22,586 nucleotides of DNA from contig JANKJI020000004.1 in the NCBI GenBank assembly GCA_024626585.2, positions 102,723,409 through 102,745,994 on the forward strand, in the 5' to 3' direction. This document shows positions 1 through 11,716 of this stretch, piece by piece. Position 1 is the stretch's first letter, and every line of letters begins with the position of its first letter. This stretch comes from Ginkgo biloba (Eukaryota; Plantae; Ginkgophyta). Both the position numbers and the translations under genes were made by a program. Below the pieces are notes generated by a model that did not search any database, was not told the DNA's origin, and saw nothing but the letters and a program-made list of their open reading frames with translations.

Positions 1-460
1 TTTCTATCATTAAACACTTAATATTTTCTTTCAATTTGTCACTCATTACAAAGTAGAAGTTTATAGGCCAAGACTTTATAAGTAGCCCATAGGATCATTA
101 TATTATAAATGATATGTTAACTTTTTACCCTCCTACTGAAGGTGTGCTCATGACCACTTGGACTAACCCTAGGGGAAATTTAATATTTATTGGTAAGGAG
201 TTGCTTATAGGATGAATGGATATAATATTTCATCATTTTAAGAAATTTCCTTTAGTATCTCTAAGTATGGATCATATAGGAAGCTTAAACGCCTAAATTA
301 AATATATTTTACCAATGAAAATATATATAATGGACTGTATCAAAATATATCTCTATTTTTTCTTCAATCATTTTTTTCACTTTTGGCCAAGTTATGGTTA
401 GTGATAAAAGCATAATGATAAGAGTGATCTTTTACATCTTTAAATTACCCATTATATAGC

Positions 461-894
461 TATTGTGACCCTAAGTCACAACGTAAATCTAGGAAGCCCA
501 AACACAAGTTATAGCAAAGATAGCGCCTTAAGGAGTCTAAAAATTAGCTTAAACTACCTTAAAACAAGCCTAAATGGAGGGTGTATATGTTCCTTAGCTT
601 AAGGAACATTTTTTTACNNNNNNNNNNTTTGAAGTATAAATAGAGATCATTATTTTATCTTTTCTCATCAGATTAGAAAATAATATTTCTTGTTCCACTT
701 TAAGAAGTTGAAGACCGTCTAGGGAAGTAAGTGCTCCCTATAAGTGTCCTTGTGGGTAGTAGGTGCCCCACGCCCATCTATCTTCTTCTCATTGTTGGTA
801 CTTGGTTAATTGCTTTAGAATTATATATTTTCTTTTATCTATGATTGTTGCTTCTCTGGATTATTTTCTAGCTAACCCAATTAGGGACACTACA
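461..894 (+). mobile_element. Probable 5' LTR (about 430 bp) of a Ty3/Gypsy element
   Basis: Ends ...TAGGGACACTACA (882-894) directly before a PBS-like motif. 461-473 TATTGTGACCCTA matches the reverse complement of that end at 10/13 positions (TG start decayed to TA). Internal TATAAATAG near 635. Contains a 10-N gap (618-627). The left boundary is less certain than the right. Confidence 0.55.
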
Positions 895-908
895 AGCAGT
901 ATCATAAC
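895..908 (+). promoter_or_regulatory. Degenerate tRNA-iMet primer binding site
   Basis: AGCAGTATCATAAC matches the canonical (AG)TGGTATCAGAGC at 10/14 positions. It lies immediately after the LTR-terminal CA and about 30 bp before a gag-like start ATG GTT CAA ACA AGA (MVQTR) at 936. Confidence 0.6.
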
Positions 909-935
909 TCTAACGATCTTAAACTAAGAAAATAT

Positions 936-2572
936 ATGGTTCAAACAAGACAACAAATTGAGAAAATCATGGAGCAGAGAGAAAGGACCTAATATTGATA
1001 CGATAACAACTATAATAAATCGAATGGAAAAATCAATAACATCAAAGGAGATATGAGCCAATTAAAGAAAGCGATAGAAGGAATCCAACAATTATTAGAC
1101 GAAATGAACAAGAAATTAGATGGTGAGTCAAGCATAAGTAGAAGTTTGAGTGGCTAAATACTACTACACCAAGAAAGGGAATATCCATAGGAAGCTCCAA
1201 GAAGCAACAAAGACTAGGATGGTGGACAGNNNNNNNNNNNNNNNNNNNNNNNNNNNNNNNNNNNNNNNNNNNNNNNNNNNNNNNNNNNNNNNNNNNNNNN
1301 NNNNNNNNNNNNNNNNNNNNNNNNNNNNNAAGACTTAGAAGGGGAATATGGTAAAACAAGGAACCAAACTAGTATGGAAGAAGAAGAGAAGAGTTAAGAC
1401 AAAAACTACAATGAATTGAACATAAGGGTGAATGTTGTCAAATATTCTCTCAAGGGTATCAATGAATGGAGTGCAAAGATATATGCAACCCTTAGAAACA
1501 TTGAAGAAAAATTAGAAGGAAGATCAAGTATAAGTTCGAGTGACCAAACATTGCTACACCAAGAAAGGGACGATACATAGGAAGCTCCAAGAAGCAACAA
1601 CTACTAGGATGGTGGACAGATAAGAAACTTCAATAGAGGTCTCTATAACCTATAAGTTAAGATCGTAGTCTACTCCTTCAATAGGAAGGTGGAACCACAC
1701 AAATGGATGAAAAAATTACAAGCGAAATTTGAGTATACATGGATGAAGGACCATTATGACAAAACCTTAACAACCATACACTTTATGGAAGGACTTGGAC
1801 ATGTGTTGGCATCACGATGATGAGAAAGAAACAAGAAATAATTTGATGGGGTCATAAGGTTTGAACATGATTTTTTCAACTCGAGAAGACAGTAATTGGA
1901 ATGATTCCTACAAAGTACAATTAGCTCACTTCTATCAAAGAGAAGCAACTGTGGAGGACTACACTGAGATATTTTAGGGCTTGGAAGCAAAATAAAGAAT
2001 GGACCAATACGATGTGCTGGAATTCCATATTCTAATCTAAGGTTTGAATTAAGGGGAGAGGTAATATATTCAAACCCAGTTCCTTAGAAGATGTAATAGT
2101 ATATGCTCGTCAATCAAAAGACAAGTAAGGATCTTTTATAAGGAGGTTCATACTAACACAAAGAATATCACAACCTCTCAATGCTAACTGTCAAGTTATT
2201 CGATCCCAGAATATGCAGTGAGAAGAGACATAAATGGAAACAAAGAAGAAAGGAAAGTGTTACTACTATTGAAAAGAACCATATACTAGGGATCATAAAT
2301 GCCAATAGAGACAAAAGTTCTTTATGGCAAGTGCACCATAAGAAGAAGAAGTAGAGGAAGCAACAACCAACAAACAAGAGATGTAGAAAGAACCCAAAGT
2401 AGAAGAATCATTTGGCACAATCAAAGAAAGCGGGTACAACCAATGATAGAAACAAGAAAACCAAAAATATCACTCATAGCCATAACTAGACTAGGAAGAC
2501 TCAACACATTCAAAATGCATGGGTTTATGAAGAAACCAAAGCTACTAGTTATGGTTGATCTAAGTAGCACAC
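936..2572 (+). mobile_element. Decayed Ty3/Gypsy (chromovirus, Reina-like) gag and N-terminal half of the aspartic protease
   Basis: MVQTR start. Gag core at about 1650-2170 is homologous to the more readable minus-strand copy. Frameshifted zinc-knuckle-like region at about 2230-2305. ISLIAITRLGRLNTFKMHGFMKKPKLLVMVDLSST resembles the Gypsy ISLxAxxG...TMxxxGxI...LxVLIDSGST pre-catalytic segment. Many stops and frameshifts; spans a 100-N gap. Confidence 0.85.
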
Positions 2573-3938
2573 TAAGAAATTATGCAACTATTATGGTGCC
2601 ACTTATGAAATTAACAAAGAAGGATGCCTTTAAATGGAGTGGCAAGGCCTAGAATGCATTTGAGTAATTAAAAGATGCATTGAATACAACTTTAATAAGA
2701 AAATTTGAATTTCTCTAAAATCTTAACGATGGAATATGATGCATCTAGCACAGGAATTGGAGTTGTATTAATGCAAGANNNNNNNNNNNNNNNNNNNNNN
2801 NNNNNNNNNNNNNNNNNNNNNNNNNNNNNNNNNNNNNNNNNNNNNNNNNNNNNNNNNNNNNNNNNNNNNNNNNNNNNNGATGCCTTTAAATGAAGTGAAA
2901 AGGACAAGAATGCATTTGAGCAATTAAAACATGCATTCACAACAACTTCGATACTAGCAAATTCAAATTTTTGTAAAATATTTATGGTGGAATGAAATGC
3001 ATATGGCATAGGAATTGGAGCATTATTAATGCAAGATGAAATACTTATCACCTTTGAAAGCCAAAACTCAATGATAGGGAAAGAATGATGCTGATATATA
3101 ATAAGGAGATGTTGGCCATTATGCATGTGCTAGAAGAGTGAAAGCAATACTTATCAGGTGGCACATTTGTCGTTAGGATAGATCACAATAGTCTAAAACA
3201 TCTAGATACTATGATACAAATCATTAACAGATGAACAACATCAATGGGTGGATAAAATACAAGCTTTTGAGTTTAAAATAATATATAAAAGAGGAAAGGA
3301 AAATGTCATTGTTCATTCCCTATCTCGTAAGTATGGAGACCTAGAATGCAATGCAATGGCGATCATAGAACCAACCTGGGAAAACAAACTATACGAGTAG
3401 TACAAAATGATCTAGACACAACTAAGATACTGGAGGACATCACTAATGACAATATGGATGATAAGTGGAAGGTTCAAAATGGAATTATTCTATTAAAAAA
3501 TATAATATACCTAAGTGAGACATGTAGGATTCAAGAAGACCTACATAAACATAAAAAACTCCTTCTTTTGGAAGAGAATCGAGGAGGACTTGATAAATAT
3601 GTAATAGAATGCGACGATTACCGAAGACAAAAATTAGTTGCTAAGTGAGTTACAACCATTAAATATACCTAATGTTAGAAAGGAGTAAACATTTATGTAT
3701 TTTGTAACAAATATTCTATAATCATAAGGGAAGGATATAATTTGGGTAATTGTATATTGAATAACCAAGTATGAACACTTTATTGGAATCAATAGAAAGC
3801 ATAAAGAACCATAGTTGGACGAAATATTCATGAGTGAGATATACAAGTACCATGGATTCCCACAAGGAAATAATATATGATCGAGACCCAAAGTTCACAA
3901 GTAACTTTTGGAAGGAACTATTTAAAATTTTGGGCACT
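2573..3938 (+). mobile_element. Decayed Ty3/Gypsy pol: RT connection domain, RNase H and integrase core
   Basis: RNYATIMVPLMKLTKKDAFKW (connection domain). EYDASSTGIGVVLMQ, YNKEMLAIMH, RIDHNSLKHL and YKRGKENVIVHSLSR (RNase H). HVGFKKTY, LQPLNIP, TKYEHF and YDRDPKFTSNFWKELFKILGT (integrase). RNase H before IN is the Gypsy order. Spans a 100-N gap and is truncated by the gap at 3939. Confidence 0.93.
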
Positions 3939-4038
3939 NNNNNNNNNNNNNNNNNNNNNNNNNNNNNNNNNNNNNNNNNNNNNNNNNNNNNNNNNNNNNN
4001 NNNNNNNNNNNNNNNNNNNNNNNNNNNNNNNNNNNNNN

Positions 4039-5038
4039 TAACATTCGTGATCCTTTGTATAGGGTTCTCCATAATATCTGCAATTGTTTTTCTTTCTCCT
4101 TCACTTCCCTTTATATCTTTTCTCATTCTATATTCTAGGTTTGATTAATTTGGCAATTGGCATTGGGAGGTTATGGCCTTCTTTGTGTTGGTGTGAACCT
4201 CCTTCTAAAAGCTCCTTGCTTATCTTCATCTTGACAAGCATATAATATCACATCTTCTAATGATTCAGGTTTGAACATTCTTACTTCTCCCCTTATTTTG
4301 GCCCTTTTATTGGCTACATAGAATTCCATCACATCCTTTTTGTCCATTTTCACTTTTTGTTCCAACATTTGAAACTTCTCTATGTATTCTTCAATCGTTG
4401 CTTCTCTTTGGTAGAAGTGGGATAATTTTACTTTATAAGAATCATTCCAATTACTAATTGTTTGTTTGTACAATTCATGCATACATATTGAAAAAATTTC
4501 ATACTGTGTCTTGTTTATTTCCTATGATCTTGACACCCACACATGTGCAGGACCTTCCATAAACTGTATGGATATTAATGTCTTATCAAATTCATCAATC
4601 AACCTTGTTTGATGTAGTGCTAAATTCAATTTGTCCATCCATTCATGTGGTTCCATTGGCCTATTGAAGGAGTAGTTTAGGATCTAAACTTGTAGATTGT
4701 AAAGATTCCCATTGTAGGTTCTTGTCTGACCACCATCCTGGTATTTGTCTCTTCTTGGTGCTTACTATAGATTATCCCTTTCCTAGTGCAACAGTTTTTG
4801 GTCACTTGAGATTCCACTTATACTTGACCTTTCATCTAGTTTTCTTTATATGTCTACGTGGGTTGCATTCATCCCTGCATTCAATTCATTGATACCTTTG
4901 AAAGAATCTTCCATAACATTCACCCTTTTATTCAATTCATTATAGCATGAATCTTCCCTCCTTCCATACTAGATTGCTTCATTATTTTTACCATATACCC
5001 TACTATTTCTTAGATATTGTAGCTTGCTTTCATACAAC
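4039..5038 (-). mobile_element. Second, inverted gag fragment of the same Gypsy family
   Basis: ORF 4171-4482 (QREATIEEYIEKF...IRGEVRMFKPESLEDVI) is a retrotransposon gag motif set. The reverse complement aligns by eye with about 1335-2300 (shared CTACTCCTTCAATAGG, GGAACCACA, AGGATGGTGG, GGTATCAATGAAT), with many transitions. Confidence 0.9.
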
Positions 5039-5138
5039 NNNNNNNNNNNNNNNNNNNNNNNNNNNNNNNNNNNNNNNNNNNNNNNNNNNNNNNNNNNNNN
5101 NNNNNNNNNNNNNNNNNNNNNNNNNNNNNNNNNNNNNN

Positions 5139-5700
5139 CCTAAAGGGAATAGGATTTTTGGCTCTAAGTGGAAATGAAATCATCAAGGGAAGGATTATGC
5201 TTCCACTAAATCTCCCTTTAGTGATTTTCTTAGATAAAGAGAGATTTTTGTTGAATTTGAGAATGTAGGAGACACGTTTTGTGATCTCCTCAGTTGGTTT
5301 CATCCTTATGAGGGGGGTATAAGAACCCTATTTATATTTATGCATGGTAAGGTTTTATGCAAGTAAACTATGTAAATCACATCAAGATGTTGGAAAGTGC
5401 ATCAAATTATCCCTAAGGCTAAGGGACACTTTTCCTTAACTTCATTTTAGCTAATCAAATAATTTGTGAAAAGTTGTGGTGATTCAATAAATCACCACAC
5501 TTTTCACTTCCTTCTCAAAATCTTCATCTGACTAGACTAAAAATCGTAGAGTATTTCTTAGGTACAATTTTTCTTGATAATGAAATTTCCCTTGAACATT
5601 GAGGCACTTAATACCTAAAATATTTATAAGAGAAAGAAAAATTATACTAATTTCACTTCTTTACTTCTATCATAAGATGAACTAAGTTAGGGCATAGTGT
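5139..5700 (-). mobile_element. Possible LTR fragment of an unassigned element
   Basis: TATAAATAG on the minus strand (CTATTTATA at 5328-5336) followed on that strand by C/T-rich R/U5-like sequence. Non-coding, with a hairpin at 5466-5507. No termini identified, so boundaries are approximate. Confidence 0.35.
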
Positions 5701-6463
5701 GATCTTAGAAGATGTTGATTGACCTACATGGTTAATAATGATAATATAACAAAAGGCATGATGTGGGAGAAGTCCTAAGGTCATGAATTATACATGTTAG
5801 GTATCCATGAATATAAAGTAAAACCATGAACAAAACTAATAAATGTTAAAAAAGATGTAAGAAAGGCCCAATTAGACATATGATATGGACCTATCATCCA
5901 AAGAAATGTTACAAAGTCTACGAAGAGAAAAAGAATAGGAGATTACAAGGGAACAAGTCTATGAACATGACCCCTTTCTCAATGCCCCTTGGATAAAAAG
6001 GTCCTAATTTTCTTAATTTCTTTTTGAAATATTACAAGTAAGCAATGCCACCATGCTTTGAAAATGTCTCCATACTGTAGTTCATAGAGATATAATAGTT
6101 TTGTCGATAAGAAGTCAAAAAATGGATGTCAACTATGAAAATGTACTCTCAAGAAGTTTCATTTGATAGACCTATGTTGCTACTATATGGAGGTATGTTA
6201 TGCTCCTAAGACATAACTATACTCTTAAGAATAAGAAGATAATAAAGCATATAATAACATAGACCATTCAATTGTCTCAAGCAATCTTAAAAAAATCAAG
6301 GGTGCTTATAACTAAATATCACCTCCTTAGGATTTGAAAAGGTGAATTAAAATCTATACAAAGNNNNNNNNNNNNNNNNNNNNNNNNNNNNNNNNNNNNN
6401 NNNNNNNNNNNNNNNNNNNNNNNNNNNNNNNNNNNNNNNNNNNNNNNNNNNNNNNNNNNNNNN

Positions 6464-7005
6464 ATCCTGTATGATTTCCTCACCTTATATCTCCTTAGCT
6501 TTAACTGCTTCACCAAGGCCTTCGACACCATATTTTTGCAACTGCCTCCATCTACAATGACATCGACCATCTTGGCTTTTGATGTACACTTGATCATGAA
6601 GATTCTTTTTCTCTACCTGGTGTCAGTTTCTGAGTGCAGACTGAGTTGATGACACTCCTTTACTCTACTTATTGATGGTTGACTGAAGTCCACTGACGTC
6701 ACCTTTTCTTTACCCTTCAACCATTGTCGGTCGGCTGAACTTCTGGTGGTCTTTCTCTTATCGGCTGATGATAAAAGTACTTTTCTCCCAACTGTTCTGC
6801 CTTTGCTGCTAGCGGGTGAGTCTCGCTCTGACTCAACTCTGGTCAATTGCGCACGATGATCTTCTCTAAGGTCAGTTGGCTTCTTCTTCTGGCAATCATA
6901 AGATAAGTGCCCTTCTTTGTCGCAGACATAACATATCACTAGTCTGTTAGTCATTTGTCGCACTCTGCCTGCCTTCTTGAATCGTAGAAATCTTCCTCCA
7001 TTGGA
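6464..7005 (-). mobile_element. Ty3/Gypsy (CRM-like) gag zinc knuckle and protease fragment
   Basis: CYVCDKEGHLSYDC is a complete C-x2-C-x4-H-x4-C knuckle. After one in-frame TAG (6613-6615) the same frame reads RKRIFMIKCTSKAKMVDVIVDGGSCKNMVSKALVKQLKL, matching the CRM-type IIDGGSCxNxxS protease motif. Truncated by the gap at 6463. Confidence 0.88.
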
Positions 7006-7379
7006 TCACTAAGAGCCCTACACCATTAGTATATATTTAGAGCAATACTATTGATTACTCCTCTTCAAATAATCACTTTGGAAAATGTATATTTTGCTAC
7101 AGGAGCTATGCTTAAGCTTTCCTACTCCTTGAGTAGCTTAAGCTTCTTAGTGGTGTTGAGAATACAATATGAACCTAAGAGGACATAGCCCAATAGATTT
7201 CTTATTGGTAATCATATCCATGGTGCTTGCAAGCATCACATAATGGATGTTGGCATTGACTTTGAATATTGATAGTAGGTAATTCGATAATTAGATACCC
7301 CAACAAATTTTAATGCCATCAATATTGAGTTTTGTAAATCGATGTATCATTTCTAATAAATGATCATGCCTTCTAATGC

Positions 7380-7966
7380 ATTATAGGGAGAAGGCCAGAG
7401 TGAACTCTGACTCGACAATTAGATTGTAGGAAAGATTGGAAGATCGGTCTCGGAGTAAGATAGGCAGGGTGTCTGTTTATAAATAGATGAGGCATTAGAT
7501 TGTAAGAAATAACTACAATTTGCACTGGGTAGATCAATGAAGTATACCATTGGCAAAACGATAATAAAACATTGGTTTTGTTGCCAAAGTTGGAAAGTTC
7601 TAAACAACAATAGGAAGACTCTTTTCTAAGGATCGATAGTCTGAATCTAGGAATTAGACTCCTGAAGACAGCTAGAAAGAGCACTCAGGAGGACATTATT
7701 AAGAATCACTAAGTCAGAAAGGTTCAGGATTCAAATCTTGACGAGTGAAGCATAGGGAGAAAAAACTCCCATGGATTCACCATAAGCTTAGGCAGAGTAT
7801 ATCCTTTTCACTCGAAAACTAAAAGGAATGTGTTATGCATCCTTTGCATACACCATCCCATTCCAAAGACTTAGTGGACATTGAGTCATTATAAGCCGAC
7901 GAGTATTAATAAGTCAGAATACTCTTTCAGTGTGATACCGTGTCGATTGTCATATGGTGGTGCTGC
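7380..7966 (+). mobile_element. Possible LTR and PBS upstream of the gag at 8456-9000
   Basis: TATAAATAG at 7478-7486. ...TGTCA (7952) is followed by TA-TGGTGGTGCTGC, a CA-nn-TGG arrangement typical of an LTR/PBS junction, though the tRNA is not identifiable. Same strand and contig as the downstream gag. The left boundary is a guess. Confidence 0.3.
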
Positions 7967-8455
7967 ATGTATTACTCTTACAATCTAGTGATCTAGTCTG
8001 AAAGAAAATCATTCCCTTGTGACATAGTTTGAAAGACAGTGAGTTTAATATGATAAGCATTAGGGGAGAGGATACAAAAGGGTTTCAGAGTTCAGAAGAA
8101 AAGGATTTTCATAGAAATCTCACACCCTTTCCCCTAAAAACATAAAGACAAGGATGGGTGTGTCATGAAAATTAGTTGGTGCGCCCTCCTTCAAAGGTCA
8201 AATAAGCTGTCAGAATCTCCTCTGTCAACTTGATAACTCTAGTGTTGATCTAGAAGGCAACTTTACTGGTAGAGACACATCCATACCAAGTTGCCAAGGA
8301 TAATGCAAATATACTAGGATACATCTAGGATATATACATTATCAAAGACATTAGTGAAGTCATCTAGCACTACTAGACTACGAAACGAGACTAGAGTTGA
8401 GAGAGCTCAAAGGTGGTTAACATAAAGGAGAGGACAATAGTTGTAGAACATAGTC

Positions 8456-9000
8456 ATGTCAGCCTCCATAAGCAACAACATCATATATGCATTAGTTGTG
8501 GATGCATATTTATGTCTTTCTATATTTGATGGAAGCAGGAATGCAGAAAGACATCTCTTTACCTATGAAATCATTTGGGATGCTAGACGCACTATAGATG
8601 ACAATATCAAATGTAAAGACTATGTAACTACTCTTAGAGGACCATCATATGACTAGTACCAAAAAACTAACACTAGTCAAGCATGGAACAATTGGGCCAT
8701 AGTAGAAATAACCTTCAAGGGTGCGTATGCATATCCATAGCCAACACATGTCGTGTTCACAGAGCTAAATAACTTACAACAGGAAAGACGAGAATACATT
8801 AAGGATTATGATGGAAATTTTAAAACCTTGATTGCAAGACTTTATTACACCTTGCCAAAATAATAGAAAATTTATTGGTTCGTAGATGGACTTACATCAA
8901 TCATATGAGCCCAAGTCAAACAAAGTACTTTGCGCACATATCGCGAAGCTCTGGTAAAAGAAATACATATGGAAGATAAAATCGATTGGAATCAAATGAA
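8456..9000 (+). mobile_element. Decayed retrotransposon gag (third Gypsy family)
   Basis: Read through stops and one frameshift: LSIFDGSRNAERHLFTYEIIW...VTTLRGPSYD*Y...ELNNLQQERREYIKDYDGNFKTLIARL...WFVDGL...TYREALVKEIHME. This has the gag pattern LRGxAxxWY / Q-x3-E-x3-Y-x3-F / FxxGL. Confidence 0.85.
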
Positions 9001-9100
9001 NNNNNNNNNNNNNNNNNNNNNNNNNNNNNNNNNNNNNNNNNNNNNNNNNNNNNNNNNNNNNNNNNNNNNNNNNNNNNNNNNNNNNNNNNNNNNNNNNNNN

Positions 9101-9560
9101 AGCATTTAAGGCACCTTAAATAAGGTCATCTGTGAGTGGGCTTTGGCCATGACTTTGTCTATGCTTTAACCACGACTTTGACCTGCATTAATGCGATTCA
9201 TTTAGATTGGATTTGACTGATTCTAACTAGCATTAATTGTTGTCCTTCTTTTGTGAGTTTGACCAGCATTGACCTATGACTTTCCTTAGTAATAATGTTG
9301 ACCCTTTTTGTGACTTTAACTAACGACTTGACTTTGCATTGAATGCTGTCCTTTTCTAACTTTGAACAACATTAAATGCAATTGTTAATTAGTCATTTAA
9401 TGCGATTTTATTATTAATGTTAGCTTGTAATAGTGCCCGTTGACATGAGCGTTGTTATTGCCACATCATCATGATGGTTTTGCCATTTTATTATCATATT
9501 GGTTTGCGATGTCATTGTACAAGGTTGCCACATCATTTGATGCCATCATCATCTTCCATT
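9101..9560. repeat. Degenerate short-motif array (CATTNAATG palindromes, TGACY units), probably the non-coding part of an LTR element
   Basis: GCATTTAAGGC 9102, GCATTAATGC 9185, GCATTGAATGC 9336, ACATTAAATGC 9369, CATTTAATGC 9394. Many TGACT/TGACC units. TTGCCACATCAT occurs twice (about 9458 and 9525). Confidence 0.5.
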
Positions 9561-11039
9561 GCACGAATTTTTTTTTTTTTTTTTAATCTGTCTTCTCTAC
9601 AAAATCTTGTTGACAACCTACAAGTTCTTAGTAAGGACCTTGCGAAGAAGTGAATTATCTAAGATAAGGGATGTAAGGTTGACAGTGAGTCACCACTTTA
9701 TATCTCTTTAATGAAACCTATGAGCTAGGTTGATTGCTTCTTCTTTGGTTTTGGGGTCGAAAGGAATTACCTTCTTGGTCATCTCGAGTTCAAGCTTTAG
9801 ACAAAACTAGTCTAAGGTGCCTTCTTTGCTAATAAAGATTTGTAATTTCATCCTAGTTTCTTTCCACCTCTCAACCGCTTCCCCTCCAAAGGATAAGGTA
9901 AACAACCCAAGGAAGATTGAATCTTTTATTAAGTAGTGGATTTGATACTAGATCTTAAATTCATTCATATTATATTCAAGTTTATTATAGTCTTTTCCCC
10001 TAAATTTGGGCATGTTAGGAGGGTTGCTAGCAACAAAGGCCAAGAATTATCTTTCCTAATAAGCTCATTCTTAACATTGATGGTGCTAGCTAAGTTGGTG
10101 GATATATTTCTAAGGAAGGAAAGCCCCTTAAGGGGTGACTATATGCCTTGATAGTTTTCCTACCAAGGTGAAGCATGATACTAAGATTAGATGGATTGGC
10201 TTTCGCCTAAGGGGTGGAAAGTTTAGAAGATGAATAATTAGAACCCAAAGGTGTGGATTCAAGTGTTTGTTCATATCAACCAAGATCAAAACCCTCAATT
10301 TAATTAGCCCTATTAAGAGAATCTATGGTTGGAGGAAGGCCTTAGAGGCACCTTGATCTTCTTAAGGCCAAAGAGAAGGCACGTGTAAAGCTTTGAACCA
10401 AAAAACATAGCCTTTGTGGTGTCTAGGCAGATTTCCTATGGATAAAGAAGTAAGTTACTAAGTGTGGGAAAACTTGTGGTGATTTAGAGAATCAATGCAT
10501 TTTTTAATAGTGGTGATTATGAGAATGGTCACTCTTTAGACAAATGTTAAAAACAAAGAAATTCTTCTTCCCCAAAGTGCATGGTAGTAGGGAATTGATT
10601 TTGAAGGGAAGGGAATCACTAGGACATAGTCTTTATTCCCTCCCTAATGGACTTTCCAATTTGTTATTTGTTTTTGGTGCACTTAAATGGTTTAGGATGT
10701 CACGGGGGTTGTGGATAGCCCAACTTGAGGAGCAAGATGACTAATGCCGGAGGAAAGAAGTACTCCCAAAATGCAAAACACCAAAAATGGGAGAGAAAAG
10801 AATATACTTATAGGTATACTACTTACTTGGAGTCAAACGATGGTTGAGTTATTTGTTCTTCTCATTCCCCACGCTCCTTGCTCCATTTGACTTGATGTGC
10901 TACCTACACAAACAATAGAATGATTCTACTATACTAGTAATAGGGTTAGCACAATGATATAATCAAGTAATCGAATCACACCTATGGGAGATCTAATAAA
11001 TAAAAACCGAAATTATATAAATGAAAATTTATTTAAAAG

Positions 11040-11716
11040 GGCATCTTAATTATGGGCACACCACCTTCTTTTAACTGCACTATATCCCTTTTGTCTTTAT
11101 ATGACTGTAGCAAGGGAATATATTCTTTTAAGGAGCTGTCAAACGAGGCATCGAAGGGCCGCCCACATGCAATTTTGAGGAGTCGCCTGAAGGTGGGCAC
11201 CAAACAGCTTGTGGCGCACATGATAGAATTGGTAGGCAGATTGCAAATGGGCGATTGAATGCTGAGAATTGTGAAATGAATGGTTAATAAATGGCTGATT
11301 GGTCATTAATTGAAGAGATTCCACTTTCTTCGCTACGGCCAGTTGTTTTGAGCAGTGCGGCAGAGTCCCTCAAATCGCTGCTCGAGTCGCGATGAGCATC
11401 CGTGCGCTGAGATATGGTGTTTGGGGTTGGCTATTTTTGCCCATGTGCGGATGGTGGACCCTATGAGATGATAGAGCGATGTTATCCAAAGATACTCAAG
11501 GGAATAGGATTTCGACTCTAAGTGGAAGTGAAATTATTAAGAGGAGAGTTACGAAGAAGTCCCATTTGGTGATTCGCTTAAGTAGAGAGAAGATTACTGC
11601 AGAAATTGAGGAAGTAGGAAAGATGCTTTTTATAATATCCTCCATTGATTTCCTCCTCCTCCTTTTGAGGGAATTGTGATATTGATGCGTGGCAAGGTCT
11701 TATTCAAGCTGACTAG
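11040..11716 (+). promoter_or_regulatory. Putative promoter and first (leader) exon of the EMF1/HAP8-like gene
   Basis: GC and CpG content rise abruptly relative to the CpG-depleted flanks. Two reverse CCAAT boxes (ATTGG near 11228 and 11298) and several TGGGC motifs. Ends at a consensus donor AG|GTAATT (11716/11717). The TSS is not determinable. Confidence 0.45.

Noticed and set aside
3722-4148. ORFs running through 100-N gaps (also 1042-1359, 2692-3126, 4947-5303, 6319-6597)
   Set aside because: They are open only because Ns hide stops, and they join unrelated contigs.
7300-7345. Minus-strand RFTKLNIDG, resembling the LINE-type RNase H motif KLNxDG
   Set aside because: A stop follows within a few codons and no downstream RNase H motifs are present.
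9600-11000. Possible LTR or internal region of another retroelement (similarly 22300-22586)
   Set aside because: Repeat-like composition, but no termini, PBS/PPT or coding motif that I can support.
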